A stretch of 64,000 bases of DNA from the NCBI GenBank assembly GCA_963817845.1, contig CAWFPU010000006.1:52934-116933 (forward strand), in the 5' to 3' direction. The translations under genes were made by a program, and so were the position numbers. Positions 1 to 8,958 of the stretch are shown here, piece by piece (positions within the stretch are counted from its first letter, which is position 1; every line of letters begins with the position of its first letter). Under the pieces are notes generated by a model. The model was not told the DNA's origin. It saw nothing but the letters and a program-made list of their open reading frames with translations, and did not search any database. The stretch is from an uncultured Solirubrobacterales bacterium (GTDB lineage: Bacteria; Actinomycetota; Thermoleophilia; Solirubrobacterales; Solirubrobacteraceae).

Positions 1-800
1 TGATGCGGCCGTCTCGCGCGGGCGACGTGGCTCACGACCTGCACGGCGACGTTCTCGACGGCCACCGGGCTGACGACCGGTGGAGAGGTGACGGTCATCA
101 CCTCGAACCTGGTGCTCTCGGTCAAAGCCGGCAGCGGAAACGAGAAGGCGCCCGTCGCATCGGTCAACTCGGGATTCTCGACTGCCTGAAAGCCGGCCGT
201 GAACGGGAACGAGTCGGCGAGCAGCTCGACCTCGCGGTTCCCGTTTTCGGTGCCCGTCAGCATGCCCTGAATGACGATCGTCGCCCCGTAGGGGACCGGG
301 TTCGGTGAGAAACCGATCTGCACCGACAGCGGCACCTTGGTAGTCAACAAGGTCCGGTAGCTGCCGGATGCCGCGCCCGCGCCGTTAACCGCGACCAGCC
401 GGAAGTAGTAAACGGTCAGCGGCTGCAGTCCGGTCACGGGCAGGCTCACCTTGACCGCGCCCGTCCCAGCGCCGGCATCGGCGATCGCCGTCTGTCCGCC
501 GAGCGCAATCGTGGGCCCGTACTGGAAGTAGTAGGACGTGTCGCTGCCGCGCGGGTTCAAGGTGCCGGTGAGCACCGCGGAGTCGTAGCTCACCCGCTGC
601 GCCGCGCCCGTGGACACGCTGGCGAGCGACGCCGCGCTCGCCGCTGGGGCCGAAGCGAACGTGGCGATCGCCGCAAGCAACGGGGCCAGCGTGCGCCAGC
701 CGCGTAAGAGCTGCCGATCCGCGCGTGCGCGCGGCCGCGAGATCGTCTTTGCTGAATCCGCCTGTTCGAGGCTCCTGGGCGCTTTTGCGAATGTGCTCAT
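1..800 (-). CDS. secreted FN3-like repeat protein, N-terminal part (gene continues past left edge)
   Basis: Not in the ORF track because no stop lies inside the window. Hand translation of the minus strand from ATG 800-798 (GAGGG just upstream) stays open to position 1. It reads MSTFAKAPRS..WRTLAPLLAAIATFASAPAASA (signal-peptide-like), then LTGTLNPRGSDTSYYFQYGPT..VYYFRLVAVNGAG, a module also present in the 48986..51271 protein. Confidence 0.6.
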   Translation of the reverse strand, partial: MSTFAKAPRSLEQADSAKTISRPRARADRQLLRGWRTLAPLLAAIATFASAPAASAASLASVSTGAAQRVSYDSAVLTGTLNPRGSDTSYYFQYGPTIALGGQTAIADAGAGTGAVKVSLPVTGLQPLTVYYFRLVAVNGAGAASGSYRTLLTTKVPLSVQIGFSPNPVPYGATIVIQGMLTGTENGNREVELLADSFPFTAGFQAVENPELTDATGAFSFPLPALTESTRFEVMTVTSPPVVSPVAVENVAVQVVSHVARARRPH

Positions 801-995
801 GTCCCTCACTTACCCGCCTGTCGCTCGATCAACTCATCCCTCAACCCGCGAGGCGAGCGACAGGTGCGGACGAGCAGCCGTCACAGCCGCGCGCGATGCC
901 CGTCCCAAGGTAGGCTCCGCTCACAAGCCGCCCATCGCGGCGCGCTCGAGCGACGAGCGCAGCGCCGCTCGAGCAGACAGGAGATCCTCACAGAC

Positions 996-3023
996 ATGTT
1001 CGTGTTCAAAGCCGCCGTCGTCGGCGCCGGGACGATGGGCGGGCAGATCGCCCAGACGATCGCCGCCGCAGGGGTGCCAGTCGTGCTCAAGGACATCGAC
1101 GACGCGCTCGTTCAGGCCGGGCTCGACGAGGCGCGCAACGTCACCGCGGGCCAGGTCGCCAAACTGGTCGACAAACAGCGCCTGACCGCCGAGCAGGGCG
1201 AGCAGCGCATCGAGCAGGTCCTCGGCCTGATCACCGGCACGACCACGTACACCGATTTCGGAGCCGTCAACTTCGTGATCGAGGCGGTGCCCGAGCGAAT
1301 GGATATCAAGCGCGCCGTGTTCGCCGAGCTCGACGCTGCCACACCCGGACACGCGATCCTGGCCTCCAACACCTCGTCGCTGTCGATCACCGAGCTCGGC
1401 GAAGCCACGCTGCGCCCGGAGCAGGTCGTCGGATTTCACTACTTCTACCCGGCCTCGATCATGCCGCTGATCGAGATCGTCGAAGGCGAGGACACCTCCG
1501 CCGAGACGGTCACCTCTGCGGTCACGTTCGCGCAGGCGATCCGCAAGCAGCCGATCACCTGCGCCGAGGTCCCCGGCTTCGTCGTCAACCGCATCCTCAA
1601 CTCGGGCGTCTCGGAGGTCTGGCGCGCGCAAGAGCAGCAGGCGCTCTCGATCAAGCGGCTCGACGAGGGCATCGGCGCCTCGGGTGTCGTTCCCGTCGGG
1701 CCGTATCACCTCGTGAACCTGCTCGGTCTGGACACGGTGCTGCACGTCGCCGAGCACCTCGCCGAGTCATACGGCGACGAACGCTTCTACGTGCCGAGCT
1801 CGATGCAGAAGCTCGTGTCCGAAGGCAAGCTCGGCGCCAAGACCGGCGGCGAGGGCTTCTACGACGCGCAGGGCGAGCCGAACGTGCCGGGCGAGGCCGA
1901 GCCCGACGTCGCGGAGCTCGTTGAGCTGATGTCGCTGAAGACGCTGATCGAGGCTTGCCTGGTGCTCGAGGAGCGCGTCGCGACCCATCGCGACATCGAC
2001 TTCGGAATGATGGCCGGCGCGGGACTGGACCCGCGGCGCGGCCTGATGCCGCCGTTCATGCGTGCCGACAGCGACGGCCTGGACAAGGTGCTCGAGCGGA
2101 TGGAGAACGCGCAGGAGCGCCACGGCGAGCGCTTCGCTCCTCCAACGATCCTGCGACGCCTGGTCGCACAGGGACGGCTGGGAGCGGCCAGCGGTCAGGG
2201 CTTCTACGCCTACCCGCGCGCCGATCCCGAGCAGCCGGCCGAGGTGATCAAGCTCGAGACGCGCGCCCCGCTCGGCGACGGCGGCGCGGTCGCGATCGCG
2301 TGGCTCGCCAACGGCCAGATGAACGCGCTCTCGCCCGACGTCGTCGACGATCTCGGCAAGACGTGGGCGCACCTAAAGGCGGCCGAGCCGCGCGTCCGTG
2401 CGCTCGTGATTGCGTCCTCGAATCCATTCCTGTACAGCGCCGGCGCCGACGTCAGGGCATTCACGACGATGGACGAGACCGCCGGGCGCGGCCTGCTGGG
2501 GCGCATGCACGAGCTGATGCGCGAGATCGGCCAATCCGGCGTCGCCACGATCGCCGCGGTCAACGGCCTCGCCTTCGGTGGCGGCTGCGAGCTGGCGATG
2601 GCCTGCGACGTTCGCATCGCCGCCCGCTCAGCGCTGTTCGGCCAGCCCGAGATCAAGCTCGGCATCATCCCCGGCTTCGGCGGCACCCAGCGCCTGCCGC
2701 GCCTGGTCGGGCAGACCAAGGCGCTCGAGATGAACCTGATCGGCGATCCGGTGCTCGCGGAGGAGGCCTTCGAGCTCGGCCTCGTCAACCGTGTCGTCGA
2801 AGATCACGAACTGCTCGACACCGCGCTCTCGTGGGCGCACAAGCTGGCCGCCCAGGCGCCACTCGCCGTCGAACAGATCAAGCGGGTCTCGGGCGCCGGC
2901 GATCTCGACGAGGGCCTCGCCGCCGAGCAGCGCGGCTTCGCCGAGGTGCTCACGAGCGCCGACGCGCGCGAGGGGATCGGCGCCTTCCTGGCCAAACGCA
3001 CGCCCCGCTTCGAGGGCAAGTGA
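996..3023 (+). CDS. bifunctional 3-hydroxyacyl-CoA dehydrogenase / enoyl-CoA hydratase (FadB-like, dehydrogenase domain N-terminal)
   Basis: Rossmann motif VVGAGTMGGQIA at the N-terminus and crotonase motifs (AAVNGLAFGGGCELAMACDVRIA, GQPEIKLGIIPGFGGTQRLPRLVG) at the C-terminus. I place the start at ATG 996 with GGAG upstream rather than the ORF-track start 864. Confidence 0.9.
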   Translation: MFVFKAAVVGAGTMGGQIAQTIAAAGVPVVLKDIDDALVQAGLDEARNVTAGQVAKLVDKQRLTAEQGEQRIEQVLGLITGTTTYTDFGAVNFVIEAVPERMDIKRAVFAELDAATPGHAILASNTSSLSITELGEATLRPEQVVGFHYFYPASIMPLIEIVEGEDTSAETVTSAVTFAQAIRKQPITCAEVPGFVVNRILNSGVSEVWRAQEQQALSIKRLDEGIGASGVVPVGPYHLVNLLGLDTVLHVAEHLAESYGDERFYVPSSMQKLVSEGKLGAKTGGEGFYDAQGEPNVPGEAEPDVAELVELMSLKTLIEACLVLEERVATHRDIDFGMMAGAGLDPRRGLMPPFMRADSDGLDKVLERMENAQERHGERFAPPTILRRLVAQGRLGAASGQGFYAYPRADPEQPAEVIKLETRAPLGDGGAVAIAWLANGQMNALSPDVVDDLGKTWAHLKAAEPRVRALVIASSNPFLYSAGADVRAFTTMDETAGRGLLGRMHELMREIGQSGVATIAAVNGLAFGGGCELAMACDVRIAARSALFGQPEIKLGIIPGFGGTQRLPRLVGQTKALEMNLIGDPVLAEEAFELGLVNRVVEDHELLDTALSWAHKLAAQAPLAVEQIKRVSGAGDLDEGLAAEQRGFAEVLTSADAREGIGAFLAKRTPRFEGK

Positions 3024-3826
3024 GCACGCAGGCGCCCGACGCACGCGCGCGCGAGGGCGAGGGCGAGGGCGAGGGCGACATCGAGCGTCTTGCCGAGCTG
3101 GTCCGCTCTGTCGGCTCGGTCGTCGCCCTCACGGGCGCCGGCATCTCGGTGCCGTCGGGGATTCCCGACTTCCGCTCGCCCGGCACCGGCCTGTGGGAGC
3201 GCGTGGACCCGATGGAGGTTGCGCACATCGACACCCTGCGCAACGACCCGGCGCGGTTCTGGCGCTTCTACGGCGAGCGCTTCGCGACGCTCGCGACCAA
3301 GCGCCCGAACGGAGCCCATTATGCCCTCGTCGCACTCGAGCGGGCCGGCTGGCTCGACGGCGTCGTCACCCAGAACATCGACATGCTCCATCGCGTCGCC
3401 GGCACCGAGGAGCTGGTGGAGATACACGGCTCGGTCGCGCACTGCACCTGCCTGAGCTGTGGGCAGTCGGTCGCACAGGACCACGCGCGCGCGCGTCTGC
3501 TCGCCGAACCCGACGGCGTGCCGCGCTGCGAGCTCTGCGCCGGCACGCTGCGACCGGACGTCGTGCTGTTCGGCGAGCCCCTGCCAGAGTCGGCGATCGC
3601 GCGAGCCGGCGAGCTCTGCGCCGGCGCCGGCCTGATCCTGTGCATCGGCTCGTCGCTCGAGGTCCAGCCGGCCGGAGCGCTGCCGCTGCTGACGCTCCGC
3701 TCCGGCGGGGCGATCGCGATCATCACAGAGGGCCCGACGCCGCTCGATGAGCTCGCGGCCGTCCGTCTGCGCGCGGACGTGGTGCAGGAGCTCAGCGCTC
3801 TGGCCGCGGCGCTCGGGCCGGCGTAG
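3020..3826 (+). CDS. cobB: Sir2-family NAD-dependent protein deacylase
   Basis: Motifs LTGAGISVPSGIPDFRS, VVTQNIDMLH and zinc-ribbon cysteines CTCLSCG..CELC. GTG 3020 overlaps the upstream stop (GTGA). Only the last 269 codons of ORF 1955..3826 look real. Confidence 0.85.
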   Translation: MSTQAPDARAREGEGEGEGDIERLAELVRSVGSVVALTGAGISVPSGIPDFRSPGTGLWERVDPMEVAHIDTLRNDPARFWRFYGERFATLATKRPNGAHYALVALERAGWLDGVVTQNIDMLHRVAGTEELVEIHGSVAHCTCLSCGQSVAQDHARARLLAEPDGVPRCELCAGTLRPDVVLFGEPLPESAIARAGELCAGAGLILCIGSSLEVQPAGALPLLTLRSGGAIAIITEGPTPLDELAAVRLRADVVQELSALAAALGPA

Positions 3827-3897
3827 GTCTGGGCGCGCCGTCGCGTCGCGCGACGTGAGGCGGTATGGCGGTCGCAGCGCTGGGGCTCGCCTACGAC

Positions 3898-6021
3898 TCA
3901 GCGCCCCGACTGCAGCATCCGAGCCGGGTCGGCAGGCGCACCCGGCAGCCGATACAGCAAACCGCCGTGATGCAACCCCGCCTCGAGCGAGACGTCGGTG
4001 CCGTGCGCTCGCACCCACTTGACCGACGCCGAGCAGGCGGCGTTGACCGACTGGGCGGGCCCGGCGCAGAACGTGTTCAGGAACGCGTACCGGACCTTCC
4101 CGGCCGCGGTCAGCCGGCGCAGCTTGGCCACGCTCGTGAACGCGCGCCCGTTGTACGTCGTCAGGACCACGATCGGGCGCGCATCCTTGACGACGAGCGC
4201 ACCGATCTCCGTCGAGGACTCCGCGGCGAGCTCGTAGCGGGCACCATCCTGGTGCGCGCGTACGTACGTGCTGACCAGATGCTCCTCTTCGGCCGGCAAC
4301 GCGCCCACATACCCCGCGTCGCTGATGCGATCTTCGATCGCGGTCAGGTCGGCGCGCAAGGGAAGCGCCAGTACGGCCACGAGCGTCAACGCGACCGCTC
4401 CACCGCTGAGCAGCGCCCGCCGTTGCCAGCTCGGCGCGTCGGCGCCTCGGCGTTGGGATGAAGCCGCGCGGTGCGCGCCCACGGCCAGCGCCACGGCTGC
4501 GAGCGCGCACGCCAACGTCAGCCACCAGACGCCACTGCGCTCGTACAGCAGGCGCTCCACGTAGTAGACGGTTGCCGCGAGCGCCACCCCAAGCGCGATC
4601 AGGCGCGCCCGCCACGGTCCGTGATCGCCCCCGCTCGAGCACGCCCACGCCACGCCGATCCCCAGCAGGATCGCGACGGCCGGCGTGAAGCTTTCGACGT
4701 ACCGCGGGTGCAGGCGGATCATGTGGCTGAACAGCACGATCCCGGTCAGCGCCCACACGACCGTGCCGACGGCCACCGCGCGCCGCAGGCGCCGCGGGCG
4801 CTCGTCGCTCGAGATCGGTTCAGCAGCGGTGCCGAGCGCCGGCTGCTCGGATGCGAGCGCCGGTTCTCGTGTCGCGAGCGCTTCTGTTGGCGCGAACGCT
4901 GAGCCGCTGACCCGATGGTCGATCGAGTCCTCGGGGCTGCCGCGCAGGCCGAACGCCAGCGCTGGAATCCCGAGCAGCAGCCCGACCAGCAGCTCCAGCC
5001 CCAGCCGCTCGCCAGACAGCGGCCCCACGGTTGCCAGCAGGCGCGTGACCGAAGGGGGCACGATGGGAATGTGGTCGCGCTCCTCCTGGGTCGCGACGGG
5101 GTAGTGGTGACCGGGTTCGTACACGGTCCCACCCGGTTCCGGCGATTTGCCGGCCAGCCGGTCGGACCCGTTGAACACGAACGCCGCGTTCCAGGCGCTG
5201 CCGTCGGTCGAGCCGATCGCATAGGGGCGATCGTGTGCGGGCACCAGCAGCGTCGCCGTCAGCCACGCCAGCGCCACGGCCACGTAAACAGCCCCAGCCG
5301 CCAGCATCTGCACGAGCCGTCGCCGGCGCGACCCCGGCAGCCCCAGATAGGCGAGCAGCGCCAGGCCGGGAACCGCCACGAGCGACTCCAGCAGCTTCAC
5401 GTCGAAGGCCACGCCGAGCAGCGCGGCCCCGCCGAGCAGCCAGCCGCTGCTGCCGCTCTCGCACGCCCGCAGGATCAGCAGCAGCGCGAGCACGATCAGC
5501 GCCATCATCACGCCGTCCATCGTGTCGCTGCGCGATGTGATCACCGCGATCGGCATGAACGCCAGCGCCGCCGCCGCCGCGAGCGCCGCCGGCGTGCTCC
5601 ACATCCGCCGCACCGCCGCAAACAGCAACGGCACCGCCGCGATCCCGGCGAGCGCCTCAGGCAGCTTCAGGCTGCTCGACGTGAACCCAAACAGCTTCAC
5701 GCTCGCCACCTGCAGCCACAGGTCCACCGGCGGCTTGTCGATCGACACGCTCGCCCCGGGCTCGAACGCGCCGAAGAAGAAATTGTGCCAAGACAGCGTC
5801 ATGCTCTTGACGGCGGCGTCATAGAAGGGGTCGTCGAGCACCTGGCCGAGGTGGTACAGGCGCAGCACGGCGGCCGCGATCGTGATCACGGCAACTGTGG
5901 CCCAGGCCAGGCCATCTCGCGACGCCTGCGCCTGCGCCCGAACGGGTGCGGCCTCGACCGCTGCTAGCTGGCTGGCGACGGGTGGCTCCTGACGAGATCC
6001 CGCACCGGCGCGATCCCCCAA
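3898..6021 (-). CDS. ArnT/PMT-type (GT39/GT83-like) membrane glycosyltransferase
   Basis: LRLYHLGQ..DPFYDAAVKSM..IDKPPVDLWLQVASVKLFG matches the N-terminal loop signature of this family, and there are many hydrophobic segments. The start is uncertain: no ATG or GTG lies between the first TM and the upstream gene. TTG 6021 or ATG 6117 would both overlap the AKR gene. Confidence 0.75.
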   Translation of the reverse strand: MGDRAGAGSRQEPPVASQLAAVEAAPVRAQAQASRDGLAWATVAVITIAAAVLRLYHLGQVLDDPFYDAAVKSMTLSWHNFFFGAFEPGASVSIDKPPVDLWLQVASVKLFGFTSSSLKLPEALAGIAAVPLLFAAVRRMWSTPAALAAAAALAFMPIAVITSRSDTMDGVMMALIVLALLLILRACESGSSGWLLGGAALLGVAFDVKLLESLVAVPGLALLAYLGLPGSRRRRLVQMLAAGAVYVAVALAWLTATLLVPAHDRPYAIGSTDGSAWNAAFVFNGSDRLAGKSPEPGGTVYEPGHHYPVATQEERDHIPIVPPSVTRLLATVGPLSGERLGLELLVGLLLGIPALAFGLRGSPEDSIDHRVSGSAFAPTEALATREPALASEQPALGTAAEPISSDERPRRLRRAVAVGTVVWALTGIVLFSHMIRLHPRYVESFTPAVAILLGIGVAWACSSGGDHGPWRARLIALGVALAATVYYVERLLYERSGVWWLTLACALAAVALAVGAHRAASSQRRGADAPSWQRRALLSGGAVALTLVAVLALPLRADLTAIEDRISDAGYVGALPAEEEHLVSTYVRAHQDGARYELAAESSTEIGALVVKDARPIVVLTTYNGRAFTSVAKLRRLTAAGKVRYAFLNTFCAGPAQSVNAACSASVKWVRAHGTDVSLEAGLHHGGLLYRLPGAPADPARMLQSGR

Positions 6022-7109
6022 CGCCCCGCCACGTCGCGCAGCTCCTCGTCGAGCCCCCAGCGGTCCGCGCGCTCCGGCCCCTCGTGTTCGGGAGTCGCCC
6101 CCTTGAGCTGCATGCATCCCGCGTTCTGGCCGATCGCGGTCAGCTCCGCGATCTCCTGCTCGCTGAGTGGCTCGACCGCCGGCGTCGCCGCCAGCTCGGC
6201 GCGCTTGCGCTCGATCGGCTTGGCGTCGGGCCCCGGCTCCTGGATCAACGTGGGCGCCACGCACCGCACTGCCGCCTGAGCGAGGCTCCAGCTGCAGGCC
6301 AGCTGCAGCATCGTCAGGCCGTGCTCGGCCGCACACGGGCGCATCAGCTCGAGCTTCTCCCGCCCAGCCTCGATCCAGCCCTCCGGGCGAAACGCGCGGT
6401 GGTCGTGCTCGGCCAGCTGGTGGCCGGGCAGCACATCGTCGTGAAACAGACCGCCGTAATCCACGACCCGCGCGATCAGACTCACGCCGCCTGCCTGAGC
6501 CGCGTTGAGCACCAGGCCGCCGGGCCATGGCTCGAGCGGGCTGAGGATGATCATCGCCCAGTCGATCAGCTCGCCATAGCGCTCGAGGCAGGCGATCAGA
6601 TCGAGCGTGAACCCGTTCGCCGGCCCCGGCGCGACACCGAGCCTGCGCGTCAGGCCCTGCTCGCGCACGGCCGCCATCCCGTCCCAGACAGCCTCGCTGC
6701 GATAGCCGATCCGGTCGGGGTTGTGCAGCAGCAGCAAATCGAAGCGCTCGACCCCGCATCGCTCGAGGCTCCGTTCGGTCGCCATCTGGATGTAGTCGGC
6801 GTACGCGCCCTCCTCGCGCAGGCTCGGATCGGTGAAACGCGGATATCCCCTGGCCCCTTCGCGTCGCCCGGTGTAGAAGTCGTGCCCGATCGCTCCCACC
6901 AGGCAGTAGCGCTCACGCTCGATGCCGGCCAGCGCGCGCCCGAGCAGGCTATCGGCCTCGCCCGCCCCGTACACGTCGGCCGTAACCACCGTGTCGATGC
7001 CATCGCCGGGTCGCAGCAACGCCTGCAGGCGCTCGTCCGAAAGCGGCTCGCCGAAACGCATGAAACGCCCGCCGCTCCAGGTGCCTATCGCGGTTCTGCT
7101 CGGATCCAT
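5964..7109 (-). CDS. aldo/keto reductase family oxidoreductase
   Basis: GIDTVVTADVYGAGEADSLLGRAL, FDLLLLHNPD and IARVVDYGGL are typical AKR motifs. The start is placed at ATG 7109 inside ORF 5964..7268. Confidence 0.85.
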   Translation of the reverse strand: MDPSRTAIGTWSGGRFMRFGEPLSDERLQALLRPGDGIDTVVTADVYGAGEADSLLGRALAGIERERYCLVGAIGHDFYTGRREGARGYPRFTDPSLREEGAYADYIQMATERSLERCGVERFDLLLLHNPDRIGYRSEAVWDGMAAVREQGLTRRLGVAPGPANGFTLDLIACLERYGELIDWAMIILSPLEPWPGGLVLNAAQAGGVSLIARVVDYGGLFHDDVLPGHQLAEHDHRAFRPEGWIEAGREKLELMRPCAAEHGLTMLQLACSWSLAQAAVRCVAPTLIQEPGPDAKPIERKRAELAATPAVEPLSEQEIAELTAIGQNAGCMQLKGATPEHEGPERADRWGLDEELRDVAGRWGIAPVRDLVRSHPSPAS

Positions 7110-7233
7110 CGCGATCTGCACTTTACGGACCGCTGCGGCCCGCGGACGAACCGAGCAGGCGCGGTCAGAGCCGGGGCGAGAGTCGCTCGGACGCCGGGGA
7201 ATCCCGGCGCGATCAGGGTCCAGCGCGAGTCGT

Positions 7234-8199
7234 TCAAACGCCCTCGAATCCCGCCGCCGAGCGGGCACGCAGCGCGGCCTCGAGCCGCCCCAGCGCGTGC
7301 TCGATCAGCTCCGCGTCGGGCTCGCCTGATCCATTTGCGTCGCCGGCTGCCGCCCGAACCTCGGCCAGGCCCTCGGCGAGGACCGCGTCGGCGGCGAGCG
7401 CGACACCCTCGTGCAGCGAGCCCAACTCGGCCACGCGCAGCGGCAGGTCGCCGCGGCGCTCGCCCGCGAGCTCGACCAAGGCCGCGCGGTAGGCGAGCTC
7501 GAGCTCGAGCGCGGCATGATCGACGCGCCCCTGTTCGAGATCCAGGCGCGCACGCAGGGTGAGCTCCTCGCACACAAGCGGCTGCTCGCGCGCGCTCAGC
7601 AGGCGCGCAAGCCGCTCTTGCGGGCGCAACGCCGCCGAGCGCCGGCGTCGGCGCAATCGACCCTTGCCGCCGCTGCCGTGCAGCTCGCCTGCGCCCAGCT
7701 CCACCGCGTGCAGCCAGCGTCCCTCGGCGACCTGCTCGCCCTCGCCCCAGCCGGCGCGAATCCGGGTGGCCTGTGTGGCGGACACCTCGCGGGCGTACGG
7801 GTCGGCGCCGGCGATGCGCTGGGCGTAGAGGATCCGGTTGAGCGCCCCCGCGGCCGTCGCGACATCGTGCTCGGGGTCAAAGCTCGCCAGCCAAGCCCTG
7901 GCCTGACGCTCGGCCGCAAGCGAGATCGGGTCAACGATCGTCGCGCGCACCCTCGCCACCGGGACGGGCTCAGGCTCGGGCTGGACCGCGGGCAGACGCG
8001 AGGGTGCACTGCCGCGCAACCGCCCCAGCCCACGGCGCTGTCCGCGAGCGCCGGCGTCCGCGGGCGCTTTCAGCGTGCGCAGCACCACCACATGTTCGGG
8101 CTCGCCGTCGCGCCCGGCGCGCAACAGATAGCGTCCGTCCGAGACATCGAGCGGCCACGGAAACTCGAACTGCACGAACAGGAACAGCCGCTCCGGCAT
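7234..8199 (-). CDS. hypothetical protein (Arg/Ala-rich, helical C-terminal half)
   Basis: ORF 7234..8286 trimmed to ATG 8199 (MPERLFLFVQFEFPWPL..). I recognise no family motif. It is divergent from the 8299 gene. Confidence 0.5.
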   Translation of the reverse strand: MPERLFLFVQFEFPWPLDVSDGRYLLRAGRDGEPEHVVVLRTLKAPADAGARGQRRGLGRLRGSAPSRLPAVQPEPEPVPVARVRATIVDPISLAAERQARAWLASFDPEHDVATAAGALNRILYAQRIAGADPYAREVSATQATRIRAGWGEGEQVAEGRWLHAVELGAGELHGSGGKGRLRRRRRSAALRPQERLARLLSAREQPLVCEELTLRARLDLEQGRVDHAALELELAYRAALVELAGERRGDLPLRVAELGSLHEGVALAADAVLAEGLAEVRAAAGDANGSGEPDAELIEHALGRLEAALRARSAAGFEGV

Positions 8200-8298
8200 G
8201 CCTGCACCGTATCCTGCTCGTCCGGCCCGGCTGGGTCGTATCCTTCCGTTGCGCTGGCACGCACCGTCCAGGCCCGCTCCACGCATCCCCGAGATCTG

Positions 8299-8808
8299 AT
8301 GTCCGACGCGACCACCGCCGTCAGAAACCTACGCGAGCGCCTCACCGGCAACGGCGAGGACCGGCTCGGCAAGGCGCTAACCGACCTGCTCGACAATCCG
8401 CTGCTCACGGGCGCGATCGGTCGCGCCTTCGATGCTCGCGAGAAGGCCGCGCAGGCGCAGGAGCTCGCCATGGGCGCGCTCAACATCCCCTCCGCGGCCG
8501 ACATCGAACGCCTCACGCGCCGGCTGCGCGCCGTCTCGCAGCGCCTCGAGGGCATCGAGGACGGCGTCCATCGGCTCGACCGCGCTCTCGCCACGCACCA
8601 GGTCGAGTCTCGCCTGGAGAAGATCGAGGAGCAGCTCGGGGCGCTCAGCCAGCGGCTCGATCGCCAGCCGCCGGCCGCATCGACCCAGCGGGCAAGCACC
8701 TCCCGGCACAGCGCGCCGCGCTCGAGCGCCTCGCCGCGAACCGCGAAGGGCTCGAGCGCCTCCCAGCGCAAAGCCAAGGCGCGCGCACCCAAGGCGCCCA
8801 AAGCCTGA
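8299..8808 (+). CDS. coiled-coil protein, phasin-like / unknown function
   Basis: ATG 8299 in frame with ORF 7411..8808. Heptad-like LTRRLRAVSQRLEGIEDGVHRLDRAL..LEKIEEQLGALSQRLD, followed by a basic Ser/Ala/Lys tail. Confidence 0.55.
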   Translation: MSDATTAVRNLRERLTGNGEDRLGKALTDLLDNPLLTGAIGRAFDAREKAAQAQELAMGALNIPSAADIERLTRRLRAVSQRLEGIEDGVHRLDRALATHQVESRLEKIEEQLGALSQRLDRQPPAASTQRASTSRHSAPRSSASPRTAKGSSASQRKAKARAPKAPKA

Positions 8809-8834
8809 GAGCCAAGGCGCCCAAAGCCTGACTC
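8789..8834. repeat. 23-bp tandem duplication (2 copies) covering the stop codon of the 8299..8808 gene
   Basis: CCAAGGCGCCCAAAGCCTGA occurs at 8789-8808 and again at 8812-8831. Confidence 0.9.
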
Positions 8835-8958
8835 AGACCGCGAGCGCCGCCACCGCCGCGGCGCCGATAGCCTGACGCAGACCGCGAGCGCTGCCACCGC
8901 CGCGGCGCCCAAAACCTGACTCAGACCGCGAGCGCCGCCACCGCCGCAGCGCCCATGC
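8827..8958. repeat. 44-bp tandem repeat (3 copies) covering the stop codon and last codons of the 8921..9646 gene
   Basis: Units start at 8827, 8871 and 8915 (CCTGAC[T/G]CAGACCGCGAGCGC[C/T]GCCACCGCCGC..). On the minus strand each unit reads ..AAAVAALAV-stop, and the middle copy has the stop changed (GCA instead of TCA). Confidence 0.9.

Noticed and set aside
3-1185. Plus-strand ORFs 3..308, 610..1185 and 725..913 at the left edge
   Set aside because: Their composition is low-complexity. The minus strand encodes a convincing signal-peptide protein (1..800), and the fadB-like gene begins at 996.
3053-3076. Microsatellite-like tracts: (GAGGGC)4 at 3053..3076, alternating GCGT/GCGC tract at about 23327..23352, (GCGCAC)n at about 48940..48962
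   Set aside because: They are short low-complexity runs. Two are in frame within N-terminal or signal-peptide regions. They are compatible with GC-rich slippage and give no evidence of function.
1955-3826. 623-aa ORF spanning the second half of the fadB-like gene and the Sir2 gene
   Set aside because: The first about 355 codons are an out-of-frame Arg-rich shadow of the fadB-like gene. Only the part from GTG 3020 shows Sir2 motifs.
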